Origin: a virus
Length of the DNA stretch: 47,126 nt
Virus record (IMG/VR): IMGVR_UViG_3300044769_000038
Strand: one strand, 5' to 3'
The position numbers were made by a program, and so were the translations under genes. The first letter of the stretch is position 1; every line of letters begins with the position of its first letter. Under the pieces are notes generated by a model. The model did not search any database and was not told the DNA's origin. It saw only the letters and a program-made list of their open reading frames with translations. Positions 1 through 9,418 of the stretch are shown one piece after another.

Positions 1-127
1 AGACGCGCGCGACCACGACACGGCTGAGTATCACTACGCAGGGTTCGATGAGCTGACGGCCTTTACGGAGTTTATGTATCGTTACATAACCTCCAGAGTC
101 CGGTCAACTCTCACCGGCGTGCCGCCC
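1..127. repeat. Terminal direct repeat, identical to 47000..47126 (circular-closure overlap)
   Basis: Base-by-base comparison shows nt 1-127 equal nt 47000-47126. The repeat lies inside the terL reading frame and keeps it in frame. Confidence 0.95.
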
Positions 128-1387
128 TTAATAAGGTCGGCCACAAATCCAGGTAACATTGGGCACGCCTGGGTCAGAGATAGGTTTGTAGCCCCGGCCA
201 GACAAGGCCGAACGATTCTATACGACGAGATAGCCAAGAGCAAGCGAATATTTATCCCAGCTAAGCTGACGGATAATCCGCATCTGATGGAGAAGGACCC
301 CGGTTACATCAACCGGTTGCGTTTACTTCCCCTCGCTGAGCAGAAGGCTAAGCTCGATGGTGACTGGTGGTCATTCTCGGGTCAGGTGTTTGACCAGTAT
401 CGTGAGGAACCGTATCCCGATGAACCAAGTAATGCCTGTCACGTCGTGGCAGACTTCGAGCCGCCATACTGGTGGCCGCGTGTGCTTGCTGTTGACTGGG
501 GTTATTCGGCTCACACATGGGCGGGATGGGCTGCGATTGCACCAGACTCACGGGCTTTTCTTTACCGGGAATACTGCCGTAATCGACAGGATGTTTCAGT
601 TTGGGCTGCCGACATCGCACGCGCTTCTCAGTTTGAACTAGATAACATCGTAGCAAAGGTAATCGACCCCTCGGCTCAACAGAAGCGTGGGACTAAGACG
701 ATTCTTGAGCAGGTTATAGAGAGCACGGGCTGGTCAGATTGGGAACTCGCTGATAACGACCGCATCGGTGGAAAGATGCTGGTCCAGGAGTTCCTGAGAT
801 GGCAGCCGCGACCACCCCGATACGTTCCGCTCGAAGGTTACAAGCAAGAGACCTTCGACTACATCATGCGGAATCAGGGGTTGGAGCAGGCAGCTGAGTA
901 CTACAGGATGTTCGAGCCGGAAGCTCCGGAGACGAACCTCCCTCGGTTGCAGATTACGAGAAGTTGTGCAGAGTTAAGGCGTGCAATTCCCCTGTGCGTT
1001 TACGAGGAAAAAGATGGACGACCGACCGAGGATGTCGCCGAGTGGAGGGGAACCGAGGAACATCCGGGGGACGACCCCTATGACGGGGTTAGGTATCTCC
1101 TCAAGGCGGTTGACCGATTCGTCCGCATCTCAAAGAGAGAGTTCACCAAACGCGCACAACTCTCGGCAGTTTCAGAGCGCCTCGAAAAGACCGGCGACTG
1201 GAACACCTATTATCGACAGATGGGAAAGATTGAAGCAGAACAGCGAAAAGTCGTCGGTATCCACCGAGGAAGGAACAGGGGGCGTCATTTCGTCGCTTCT
1301 GGGCTTCCTCGGGCTCATGTCATTCCGACACCATCAAAAGCTTACGGTGGACCTACACGAAAAGAACCAGATACTGGTGGCCTATAA
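1..1387 (+). CDS. terL: Terminase large subunit, C-terminal part (continues from 46656..47126 across the junction; codon phase starts at nt 2; combined protein 576 aa)
   Basis: In frame with 46656..47126 through the overlap. Walker B-like AGFDELT and nuclease-domain-like motifs VLAVDWGYS and DPYDGVRYLL are present. It sits just upstream of the portal. Confidence 0.85.
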   Translation, partial: DARDHDTAEYHYAGFDELTAFTEFMYRYITSRVRSTLTGVPPLIRSATNPGNIGHAWVRDRFVAPARQGRTILYDEIAKSKRIFIPAKLTDNPHLMEKDPGYINRLRLLPLAEQKAKLDGDWWSFSGQVFDQYREEPYPDEPSNACHVVADFEPPYWWPRVLAVDWGYSAHTWAGWAAIAPDSRAFLYREYCRNRQDVSVWAADIARASQFELDNIVAKVIDPSAQQKRGTKTILEQVIESTGWSDWELADNDRIGGKMLVQEFLRWQPRPPRYVPLEGYKQETFDYIMRNQGLEQAAEYYRMFEPEAPETNLPRLQITRSCAELRRAIPLCVYEEKDGRPTEDVAEWRGTEEHPGDDPYDGVRYLLKAVDRFVRISKREFTKRAQLSAVSERLEKTGDWNTYYRQMGKIEAEQRKVVGIHRGRNRGRHFVASGLPRAHVIPTPSKAYGGPTRKEPDTGGL

Positions 1388-1778
1388 CGACCAGCTCAAG
1401 TCGGAAGTGGCTGCATCGCGCGCGCGTTTGATCGAGGCTGAGTCGGCGGGTCAGTTATCAGACGCCAGGAGCGCACACGAGCAGGGAAAGTGCCTGCTCC
1501 TTGAGAACGAGATGGAGTATCTTAAGGCTCAAATCGAGCTTTACCAGGTTCGGATGGGTCTTGTAGTGCCCGCTCCCATAGCTGGGGCCGTGGCCACAGA
1601 GCACAAACCCATCCGGAAGTCTCGTGAGCCGTTTGAAGCTCTCCAGAGTCGAGTCGCTAAGGCTCAAGCGGACCAAACGGAAGAATACTGGCGCAAGAGA
1701 GCGGAAGGCGTCAATATTGCGGGTGCTACAAGCAGTGAAAGTCTGACGAAGGACGAGCCTGATGCAGCAAGTTCTTGA
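1317..1778 (+). CDS. Hypothetical coiled-coil protein (alternate frame, overlaps terL 3' end)
   Basis: Protein-like heptad sequence (LKSEVAASRARLIEAESAG, EMEYLKAQIELYQVRM). ATG at 1317 has a weak SD. It overlaps terL by 71 nt and the portal start by 17 nt. The start is uncertain. Confidence 0.4.
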   Translation: MSFRHHQKLTVDLHEKNQILVAYNDQLKSEVAASRARLIEAESAGQLSDARSAHEQGKCLLLENEMEYLKAQIELYQVRMGLVVPAPIAGAVATEHKPIRKSREPFEALQSRVAKAQADQTEEYWRKRAEGVNIAGATSSESLTKDEPDAASS

Positions 1779-4215
1779 TCCGCCCGCCGCTACCGACTTC
1801 CAGGAGATGATTCCTCCTGAAGCTGGCATGGTCCCGGCTGCTTCGTCGACTCCAGAAGAGCCGATGAAGTTTCACGAGACCCGCGAGGGCCGATTACTGT
1901 CCCAACTCATCGAAGACCTTGAAGAACCGGAGAAAAATGTCCGTGAACAGATGGTCAAGGTCTGGAGAAAGATGGAAAACTACTGGCGTGACCGCCAGTA
2001 TATCATCTGGGACGAAATCTCGTCGGATTGGCGCACTCCGGGGGAGATGGCGCTCACAAATAAAGAGCTCAACATCGACCCGGCGGCTTACGCCAAGATT
2101 GTTAACGTCTACAAGGCTCACGGACAGGCAATTATCTCTGCTCTGTCAGCGGGTTTGCCTTATGTCCAGTTTTTCCCTGATGATGCGGACTCACAGGATG
2201 ACGTTTTCACTGCCAAAGCTTACTCAAAGTTGGCTACACTGATCCAAAAGCGAAATAAGGGTCAGTTAATCTTCATCAAGGCCCTTTTCTACATCTACAA
2301 CTTCGGCACAGCGTTCGCCTACAACGAAAACAAGGATACGACCCAGTTTGGGACGGTGAAACGTGAAATTCACGTTGATGTCCCCATCGTAACGCGTCAA
2401 GAGTTCTGTCCAGCCTGCGGCTATATGCTGGCGAACGACGAATACGATGCACCACCACCTCCTGCTCCTGTTGAACCGGCTGGCTTCGAGGAAATGGGTG
2501 AGATGCCTGCTCCTCCCATGACGGAGCCGGGTATACCACCAGGACCGGCAAGTGTTCAGAGCATGAACACTTTACCGCCGCCCCCTTCTGCTCAAGAGCA
2601 GTGCCCTCAGTGCGGGAATACGATCGTTGCTGACCACGAGGACTTCGAGGATGTCGTCCCGAGGCTCGTGGGCCACACGGATGACCCCAAGTCGCATGAG
2701 ACGATTGAGGTTTTCTCCGGGTTGCACGTCAAGTTCCCGCACTGGTGCACCACTCAGGCTCAGACGCCATATTTGAGCCTGGAAACGGACGAGAGCGTCC
2801 CATATCTCCAGAGCATCTACAAAGAGGTGGCCGATAAGATCAGCCCCTCAGGTTCCTCGACGACTTACGAAAGACAGGCCCGTCAGAACGCTGATTATCG
2901 CGGGGATGAGCCGGGCGACCTGTGCGCCTTCAAGCGCTCATGGATTCGCCCCTGGGCCTTCAATAAGCTCGGTGTCAACAAGCAAGAGGACATCGATTAC
3001 CTCATCGGCCTCTACCCGGATGGCGTTTACATCGCCAAAGTAGAGGATCTTATCGTTGAAGCTGTTCCGGACAAGCTCGACGACCATTGGACTTGCACCA
3101 TTGACGCGACTTCGATGTTCGTCCACGCTGACCCGATGGCTCAGCCGCTCGTTCCCATCCAGGACATCACGAACGAACTCACGAATCTTACTCTCGAGAC
3201 GGTGGAGTTCGGTATTCCTGAGACTTTCTACGAGTCAGATGCTATCGATTCTGACCAGTATTCGAAATCAGAAGCCCGTCCTGGAATGCTTTATCCGGCT
3301 AAGAGCAGAGCGGGAATGGGCCTTGACTCAAGCTTCCATACCATCAAAACATCAGCGCTGAGTCAGGAAGTTGACACATTCGCAGACCGAATGACCCAGG
3401 CTGGTCAGTTCGTCTCCGGCGCATTCCCCACGATTTGGGGCGGTGCGATGGAAGGCGGCGGTGGAACAGCGCGTGAGTATGAGCAGTCGCGTTCGATGGC
3501 TCTCCAGCGCCTGAATCTGTGCTGGCTCAACGTCAAGATGTGGTGGGCGGACGTGATGAGCAAGTCCGTCCGGTCCTTCGCCACCAACATGAAGGATGAT
3601 GAGAAATACGTTGAGAAGAAGGGCAATTCCTTCATCAACGTCTGGATCAAGCGCGCTGAGATGCAGGGGAAGGTTGGACAGGTTGAACCGGACGTCAACG
3701 AGGCGTTCCCAATCTCCTGGTCTCAGAAGCGTGACATCATCATGAACCTCGTTGGCATGAAGAACGAGATGGTCGATGCGGTCATTGGCCACCCGGAGAA
3801 CTCCGGTCTCGTTGCTTCCGTTATCGGGTTCCCGGAACTCTATATCCCAGGCGACGACGTCAGAAGCAAGCAGCTCTGGGAAATCTCGGTTCTTATACAA
3901 GGTCAGCCCACTCCTACAGGGATACCAGACCCAACCAATCCGGGTCAAGAGGCTTTGCAGCCCACGATACCCGTGCAGAACTGGGAAACCCATGAGATTG
4001 AGTCTGAAACCTGTAAGGCGTGGTTGATGTCGGAAGTCGGCATCGATGCGAAGATGAACAACCCTGGTGGCTACATGAACGTGGTCGCCCACATGCAGAT
4101 GCATGACTTCCAGGTTGCTCAGGCGCAGGCTGCGGAAGCTGCTGCTGATGCTGAAAAGTCCGTCGAGAAGGACGGCAAGAAAATCAAGTCAGCTCCTCCT
4201 GAAAAGCAGGAATGA
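1762..4215 (+). CDS. Portal protein (putative), with an inserted split zinc ribbon and Pro-rich segment
   Basis: 817-aa ORF between terL and scaffold/capsid, with size and position typical of a portal. It contains CPACG...(Pro-rich ~60 aa)...CPQCG. Confidence 0.7.
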   Translation: MQQVLDPPAATDFQEMIPPEAGMVPAASSTPEEPMKFHETREGRLLSQLIEDLEEPEKNVREQMVKVWRKMENYWRDRQYIIWDEISSDWRTPGEMALTNKELNIDPAAYAKIVNVYKAHGQAIISALSAGLPYVQFFPDDADSQDDVFTAKAYSKLATLIQKRNKGQLIFIKALFYIYNFGTAFAYNENKDTTQFGTVKREIHVDVPIVTRQEFCPACGYMLANDEYDAPPPPAPVEPAGFEEMGEMPAPPMTEPGIPPGPASVQSMNTLPPPPSAQEQCPQCGNTIVADHEDFEDVVPRLVGHTDDPKSHETIEVFSGLHVKFPHWCTTQAQTPYLSLETDESVPYLQSIYKEVADKISPSGSSTTYERQARQNADYRGDEPGDLCAFKRSWIRPWAFNKLGVNKQEDIDYLIGLYPDGVYIAKVEDLIVEAVPDKLDDHWTCTIDATSMFVHADPMAQPLVPIQDITNELTNLTLETVEFGIPETFYESDAIDSDQYSKSEARPGMLYPAKSRAGMGLDSSFHTIKTSALSQEVDTFADRMTQAGQFVSGAFPTIWGGAMEGGGGTAREYEQSRSMALQRLNLCWLNVKMWWADVMSKSVRSFATNMKDDEKYVEKKGNSFINVWIKRAEMQGKVGQVEPDVNEAFPISWSQKRDIIMNLVGMKNEMVDAVIGHPENSGLVASVIGFPELYIPGDDVRSKQLWEISVLIQGQPTPTGIPDPTNPGQEALQPTIPVQNWETHEIESETCKAWLMSEVGIDAKMNNPGGYMNVVAHMQMHDFQVAQAQAAEAAADAEKSVEKDGKKIKSAPPEKQE

Positions 4216-4283
4216 GTCTCTGGGTCGTGTTGTTGATTCTCGGGATTCTGGTAGCTCGGCTACTGATCCGACATAGGAGCTAA
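4212..4283 (+). CDS. Possible 23-aa single-TM micro-protein (MSLWVVLLILGILVARLLIRHRS)
   Basis: Its ATG overlaps the portal stop (ATGA), and its stop lies 1 nt before the next ATG. Hydrophobic core followed by a basic tail. Below the ORF-track length cutoff. Confidence 0.25.
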   Translation: MSLWVVLLILGILVARLLIRHRS

Positions 4284-4284
4284 G

Positions 4285-4527
4285 ATGCCACTTCAGTCAG
4301 TGTTTCTCGGTGCGACGACTCTCCTGCTGAACGGAGTGGTCTATGCCCTCCCAGGTGTTCGTTGTCTGCTGGCGTGTTCAGCAGCCGCGCCCACCATGAC
4401 GATGTCAGTTGATCCAGCGTTCGCCAACAGCGTTCCAGTTGTCCTGACGAACGGGCAGATGGAAGTCGCTGGCGGATTCATCAAGGCCACGGGCGCTGAT
4501 ACGCCCATTATGGTCAAACGTGCGTAA
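4285..4527 (+). CDS. Hypothetical small protein in the head module
   Basis: AGGAG lies 6 nt upstream of the ATG. 80 aa, between portal and scaffold. Confidence 0.5.
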   Translation: MPLQSVFLGATTLLLNGVVYALPGVRCLLACSAAAPTMTMSVDPAFANSVPVVLTNGQMEVAGGFIKATGADTPIMVKRA

Positions 4528-4543
4528 AACGTAGGGGTGTTAC

Positions 4544-5884
4544 ATGTTTCGTTTCAAGTTCCAGAATCTTTTCTCACCGGATGACGCACCGGGAGCAGGT
4601 GTGCCTCACGGAGTAGCCGGCGATGTCAGCATCATGGGCGAAGGTGAGGAAACAAGTGGTGATGCTTCGGACGATACTGAAGGCGCTGAAGGGGAAGAAG
4701 AAGCTCCTGCAGGAAAGCCTCGCGTCGAAAGCTTCAACGAGGACGAGCCGGCTGAAGAAAAAGCCGAAACCGAAGAAGAACCCGACGACGAAGAAGAAAA
4801 GCCTGAAGGCGAGCGCACCGACGAAGAAGTCTTCCAGGGTCGGCCGACGCTCACCGACGTAAAGGCCAAGTATCCGAAGATTTTCAAGGAGTTTCCCGAC
4901 CTCCGGGAGGTTCTCTTTCGTGAGGGAGAGTTCTCCAAGCGATTCGGCAGCGTCGAAGAAGCCGAAGACGCGATGGTCAAGGCGGGCTCCTTTGGAACGA
5001 TTGAAGCAGCCCTGTTGGGCGGCGACAGTTCTCCTATTATCGAGCAGCTGGGGGCCAATGCTCCTGAGGCTCTGGCATCCGTCGTCGACAACTTTCTCCC
5101 GCAAGTTCTGAAGCACTCGCAGGACCTCTATCTACGGGCCACGATGCCCGTGATTGAGCAATTCCTGCACACGGCCTACACTCACGGGAAGAACACTGGC
5201 GACGCTAACCTGATGAGGTCTGCGCAGCATGCGGCGAACTTCATCTTCGGAAAACCTGAGATTCCGGACCCGGCACGGAGAAATCAGCCGCGTGGTCCCC
5301 ATCCTGCCGAGCAGAAGCTTGAACAGGAGAGGAAAGAGTGGGCTGATACCAGATTTCGCGAGACTTCTGCTGAAATCTCCGCTGGTATCGACCAGGAACT
5401 CGAAGCCGATATCGTTAAGGGCCTCGATCCTGACAAGAAGCTATCTCAAAGGCAGAGGGCTAGTTTAATCAAAGAGATCAAAGACGAAATTGACGCGACC
5501 CTCGGCAAGGACGAGGCTTTCAAGCGTCAGATGCGCTCCCTGTGGCAGCGAGCAGGGACCGCCGGATATCCGAGAGACCAGCGAGCCAGCATAAAATCCG
5601 CGTTCCTGGCGCGCGCAAAAGCGTTGGTCCCATCGGTTCGCACGAAGCTCAAGGGCGAGTGGTTTGGACAGGCCGAAAAAGGGAGGCCTGACGGGGCGAA
5701 GGCTCCGGTTCGAGAAGTAGCTCCTCAGGGTAAGCCTGAACTCGGGAAGAAGCGGTTTGTGGCAGAAGCGGGTCGACCGGCAGCTGGAGCGGGACCGAAA
5801 CGTCCACCAGCTCCGAAGGACGTCGATTACGCTCGAACCTCAGACCTCGACCTCATCGAGGGACGGTTCACCAGAAGGCGATAA
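4544..5884 (+). CDS. Scaffolding protein (putative)
   Basis: 446 aa with a very acidic Glu/Asp-rich N-terminal third and a charged, helical-looking body. It sits directly between portal and major capsid. Confidence 0.6.
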   Translation: MFRFKFQNLFSPDDAPGAGVPHGVAGDVSIMGEGEETSGDASDDTEGAEGEEEAPAGKPRVESFNEDEPAEEKAETEEEPDDEEEKPEGERTDEEVFQGRPTLTDVKAKYPKIFKEFPDLREVLFREGEFSKRFGSVEEAEDAMVKAGSFGTIEAALLGGDSSPIIEQLGANAPEALASVVDNFLPQVLKHSQDLYLRATMPVIEQFLHTAYTHGKNTGDANLMRSAQHAANFIFGKPEIPDPARRNQPRGPHPAEQKLEQERKEWADTRFRETSAEISAGIDQELEADIVKGLDPDKKLSQRQRASLIKEIKDEIDATLGKDEAFKRQMRSLWQRAGTAGYPRDQRASIKSAFLARAKALVPSVRTKLKGEWFGQAEKGRPDGAKAPVREVAPQGKPELGKKRFVAEAGRPAAGAGPKRPPAPKDVDYARTSDLDLIEGRFTRRR

Positions 5885-5887
5885 TCA

Positions 5888-7141
5888 ATGGCTCTTGCTG
5901 AGACTCAAGTAGTCGCGAACGAACTTGAGCGTGTCGAACCGACGGTTCCCACGCTGTTCGACCGTGACGCGGTGTTCTACGCGAACATCGAAAAGAAGAC
6001 CCCGGAGAAGGTTTCCAATAGGGACATGCGAGTCCCGATGGAAATGCGTCCGGGCGGCCTGTTCGGTCACTACGACCCAGCAGGCGGAGACATGGGACGC
6101 GGCGAAGGTCCCGTGTTCGACAAGGCGCTCGTCAACACTGTCCACCTCAAGCATGCCATCGAATGGCACAAGAAGGCCGAGTGGGCGACTGACGATGCGC
6201 GGAAGTCGGTCGTCAACACGGTCCGTCACCTGCTCGCCAAGAGCATGGCGGAGTTCCGCCGTCACGTTGATTCGCTCATGATGACCTCCGGCAACGGAGT
6301 CGTCGGAACGATCAGCGGCGTCACCAACGCGGGTGGGTTCGACACCTACACGCTCGGGACTGACGGATTCGGTGCGCGTCTCGTTCGCGCCGGTCAGAAG
6401 GTCAACATCTACACGTCGAACCTCGCTGGCCCCGTCCATGCGACCGGCGTGGAAACTCCCATCACCTACCTCGATCTGGAGAACAAGCAGATCAAGGTCG
6501 CGACCGTGACGGGTTCGGCTCCGGGAAACGTGATTCTCCTGTCGGGTCTCTCAGGGGCGAGCCCCACCTCGCTTCTGGGAGTGCCTTACCATCACAACAA
6601 CGCATCGACGGGAACGTGGCTCGGTCTCGACCGAGGTGCCAACCCCGAGATTCGTTGCTCGCGAGTCAACGCCAACGGTTCGCCGCTGTCGTTGCCGTTC
6701 CCGAGGCTGGCCGTCAACAAAATCGGTGACCGTGTCGGCATCGACCACGGCACGAAGTTCCAGGCATGGATGCATCCGTGTCAGGTGCAGGCGTATGAGG
6801 ACCTCGGCCAGCAGGTCTCCATCATCAACAAGCAGGCGAAGGAAGAGGGACTCGACCTCTACTTCGACGTGCAGCAGCTCGCCGGCGTCCCCATCAAGAA
6901 GTCCTACTCGTGGGACAAGAAGCGCATCGACTTCATCGTGAACGAGGCGTGGGGTCGTGCCGAGATGCACCCCGCCGGATTCTACGAGGAAGGCGGACGC
7001 AAGGTGTTCGAGCTCAGAGGCGCTTCGGGTGGCGTGGCTGCGGCGAGCATCTTCTACATCGTGGTGTCGTTCAATCTCTACATGAACAACCCCACGAAGG
7101 GCGTCTACATCGACAACCTCGCGGTTCCGTCGGGCTACTAA
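5888..7141 (+). CDS. Major capsid protein (putative)
   Basis: 417-aa ORF immediately after the scaffold and followed by a large stem-loop. Its position and size fit a major capsid protein. Confidence 0.7.
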   Translation: MALAETQVVANELERVEPTVPTLFDRDAVFYANIEKKTPEKVSNRDMRVPMEMRPGGLFGHYDPAGGDMGRGEGPVFDKALVNTVHLKHAIEWHKKAEWATDDARKSVVNTVRHLLAKSMAEFRRHVDSLMMTSGNGVVGTISGVTNAGGFDTYTLGTDGFGARLVRAGQKVNIYTSNLAGPVHATGVETPITYLDLENKQIKVATVTGSAPGNVILLSGLSGASPTSLLGVPYHHNNASTGTWLGLDRGANPEIRCSRVNANGSPLSLPFPRLAVNKIGDRVGIDHGTKFQAWMHPCQVQAYEDLGQQVSIINKQAKEEGLDLYFDVQQLAGVPIKKSYSWDKKRIDFIVNEAWGRAEMHPAGFYEEGGRKVFELRGASGGVAAASIFYIVVSFNLYMNNPTKGVYIDNLAVPSGY

Positions 7142-7150
7142 TCAGGAGAA

Positions 7151-7226
7151 TGTCCGGGGTGAGGCTGGGCTTGTTATTATCCGACGTCAAGTCGGTCCCC
7201 GATAACAAGAAACCCCACCCCGGACA
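7151..7226 (+). promoter_or_regulatory. Long composite stem-loop downstream of the capsid gene (transcript-stabilising or attenuator hairpin)
   Basis: TGTCCGGGGTG pairs with CACCCCGGACA (11 bp), CTTGTTAT with ATAACAAG (8 bp) and CCGAC with GTCGG (5 bp), all nested. There is no U-tract afterwards. Confidence 0.5.
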
Positions 7227-7237
7227 CGCTAAATACG

Positions 7238-7765
7238 ATGGCTGAACAGGTTATTATAAACGAGCGGCTCAAACTCTACTACGGGACGGAGTTGGATGGA
7301 CGTCCGAGATATCGAGTCCTCTGGACGACCAACAAGACCGAGCAGAGAATCGGAGAGTTCAACGAGTTCTACGGAAAGATTTTCCTCAGGACCGTTGTTG
7401 GTATGAAAGAGTGTCTCAGATACCCCTACGACCAGGATCGGTGGGTAATTGAGAAACTGTTTTACATCAACAACCCTGAGCTAGTTTCCGAGAAGCCAGG
7501 GAGCTACGAACCTGTCCATATCTTGAAAGATAAGAATGGCGAGTATCTTCCGCTCAATTGGAAGGTTGTGCAGACTATCGTGGACTTTGCTGAAGCACGT
7601 CCTGTGGGCATCCAGTTGACGGACAAAGACTGGAAAGCAGAAGATCAGCAGCTCACGGACAAAGAGGTCGCATACTTCGAGGATGTGCTGGCCGATCAGG
7701 GGCGAAGCAACCTGTTTGCCTTTGAAAACTCAGTGTTCAACGACTCGACAAAGGTGTTCCGATGA
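7238..7765 (+). CDS. Hypothetical virion-module protein
   Basis: 175-aa ORF. Its stop overlaps the next ATG (ATGA). Confidence 0.55.
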   Translation: MAEQVIINERLKLYYGTELDGRPRYRVLWTTNKTEQRIGEFNEFYGKIFLRTVVGMKECLRYPYDQDRWVIEKLFYINNPELVSEKPGSYEPVHILKDKNGEYLPLNWKVVQTIVDFAEARPVGIQLTDKDWKAEDQQLTDKEVAYFEDVLADQGRSNLFAFENSVFNDSTKVFR

Positions 7766-8424
7766 AAGAGCGTGTATATCCAGCGGCCACGGTCATCTCG
7801 CTTGTCCCGTTCGCTATCGACGAGACGAAGCCTGGGATGACTCCCAGCAAGTTCTACATCGACCCAGCCCCGGTCGATTCTTTCTCCTGTTTGCTGGTGA
7901 CGAAATGCCAGCATGGGGTCTATCTCGACGAATACAGGCCGGTCCTCATCGTGCCGACCTCACCTGACGAAGTTGCCGAGGCCATCTGCTTCGACTACAA
8001 GAAGGGTCAGCTGGAACTCACTCTCGGCGTCGCAGAACCGGGCCTGTTCTGGGTTCCAGGCGACTACGCCAAGAAGGAGAAGCACGACGAACTCAAGGCG
8101 TTGTTCGCTACGGAGTTCCGAGAGGCTCACAAGCTCCAGATGGAGTGGTTCAAGTCCCTCGTTGCGAAGGCTGACGACGCATGGGGCAAGTTCCACCAGC
8201 GCGCCATGATCGCGCACATCACCAAGATTGCAGCTTCGCGCCTCAAGCTCAATCGCGAGTGGTTGCTCGAAGCTGAGGTTCAGGCAGCTCAGAGTGAGTG
8301 CCCCGTATGCTTCGAGAAGGTTCATCCGAAGGCAATCATTTGTCGTGGTTGTCAGAACATCCTCAATCCGGCTGAGTATGCCAAGCACCAGTTCGCCAAG
8401 GCTGCTCAGCCTGTGAAGGTATAA
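7762..8424 (+). CDS. Hypothetical virion-module protein with C-terminal zinc ribbon
   Basis: 220 aa with CPVCFEKVHPKAIICRGCQ near the C-terminus. Translationally coupled on both sides. Confidence 0.55.
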   Translation: MKERVYPAATVISLVPFAIDETKPGMTPSKFYIDPAPVDSFSCLLVTKCQHGVYLDEYRPVLIVPTSPDEVAEAICFDYKKGQLELTLGVAEPGLFWVPGDYAKKEKHDELKALFATEFREAHKLQMEWFKSLVAKADDAWGKFHQRAMIAHITKIAASRLKLNREWLLEAEVQAAQSECPVCFEKVHPKAIICRGCQNILNPAEYAKHQFAKAAQPVKV

Positions 8425-8425
8425 C

Positions 8426-9082
8426 ATGGCTGTAACTGCGGCTGACGCCCTCACGGAGTGCAAGTTCCTGCTGAACGACCCGTCGGGAAATATCTACCCC
8501 GACGACCGTCTGTTGCCCTTGATGCAGAAGGCTTACCGTGAGCTTCAGACGAAGTTACTGCTTAACGGGCTTTCGGTTGTCAAGGAATACACGACGGGAA
8601 CCCCGATTCCAGTCCCGGCAGGGACCATACTGTTGGGCGATGGGACGGGACTTCCCACTGATCTCGTCTATCCCATAGAACTGTGGGAACGTCCCGCAGG
8701 TTCTACTCAGTTGTTCGAGGAGATGACGGAGCGAGCCTGGGAGCCAGAAATCAGACCAGGTTCGACCCTCATCTACTGGGATTGGCGCGAGGAGGAAATC
8801 AAGTTCGTAGGTGCGACGACGAACCGTGAAGTCCGCATCAAGTTCATGAAAGGACTCGCGCGCATCACCTCAGCAGCTTCACCCATAACGGTGAACAATG
8901 CCACAACCTGGCTCGCCGCACGAACTGCTGCAATCGCTGCATTCGTATTGGGAAGCAATCCGACTCGAGCGGAAGGACTCAACGGGGATGCCGGGCAAGC
9001 TCTCGAAGACCTCTTACGGTATCTCGTCAAGCGTCAGCAGGGTCTTCCGGTCAGAAGGAGGGTCAACGCATACCGTCGCTGA
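8426..9082 (+). CDS. Hypothetical virion-module protein (possible head-tail adaptor)
   Basis: 218-aa ORF starting 1 nt after the previous stop. The function is positional inference only. Confidence 0.45.
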   Translation: MAVTAADALTECKFLLNDPSGNIYPDDRLLPLMQKAYRELQTKLLLNGLSVVKEYTTGTPIPVPAGTILLGDGTGLPTDLVYPIELWERPAGSTQLFEEMTERAWEPEIRPGSTLIYWDWREEEIKFVGATTNREVRIKFMKGLARITSAASPITVNNATTWLAARTAAIAAFVLGSNPTRAEGLNGDAGQALEDLLRYLVKRQQGLPVRRRVNAYRR

Positions 9083-9127
9083 GTCGAAAAATCGTTAACT
9101 GAATCATTAGGTGGTGGAGGGTAAAAA

Positions 9128-9418
9128 ATGATTCCTGGAAAAACCGGAAGGCTGTCCGAATCGACAGTCGTCGCCGCAGACACGATCAAGGCTGATGCCG
9201 ATATCGTGGTTGCGACGGGTGCCGTTGGCATCAACACAATCATCCCGTTTGGCATTGGCATCGGACAGTGCCAGCTTCTCATCCTGCTCACTCCCGTTCC
9301 AGTCGTTCTGGGAACCACGGGCAACATCGCTGTCGGGTTGACGACGGTAGCCAATCGACCGACGATTCTGGCTTACGTGCGCTCGCTCGGCAAGTGGTAT
9401 CTGCACTCGGTGGTCTAA
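9128..9418 (+). CDS. Hypothetical small virion-module protein
   Basis: GGTGGAGGG SD upstream. 96 aa. Its stop abuts the next ATG. Confidence 0.5.
   Translation: MIPGKTGRLSESTVVAADTIKADADIVVATGAVGINTIIPFGIGIGQCQLLILLTPVPVVLGTTGNIAVGLTTVANRPTILAYVRSLGKWYLHSVV

Noticed and set aside
1-127. Interpreting the 127-nt end repeat as a biological direct terminal repeat
   Set aside because: It lies inside the terminase ORF and has the length of a typical assembler k-mer overlap. It is kept as a finding only because it proves circular closure.
348-5116. Numerous nested or antisense ORFs inside terL, portal and scaffold (for example 348..656, 357..641, 1458..1829, 3352..4104, 4574..5116, 4606..5091)
   Set aside because: These are typical stop-poor alternate frames of ~60% GC coding DNA. 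They are Arg/Ser/Pro-rich and incompatible with the coupled gene chain.
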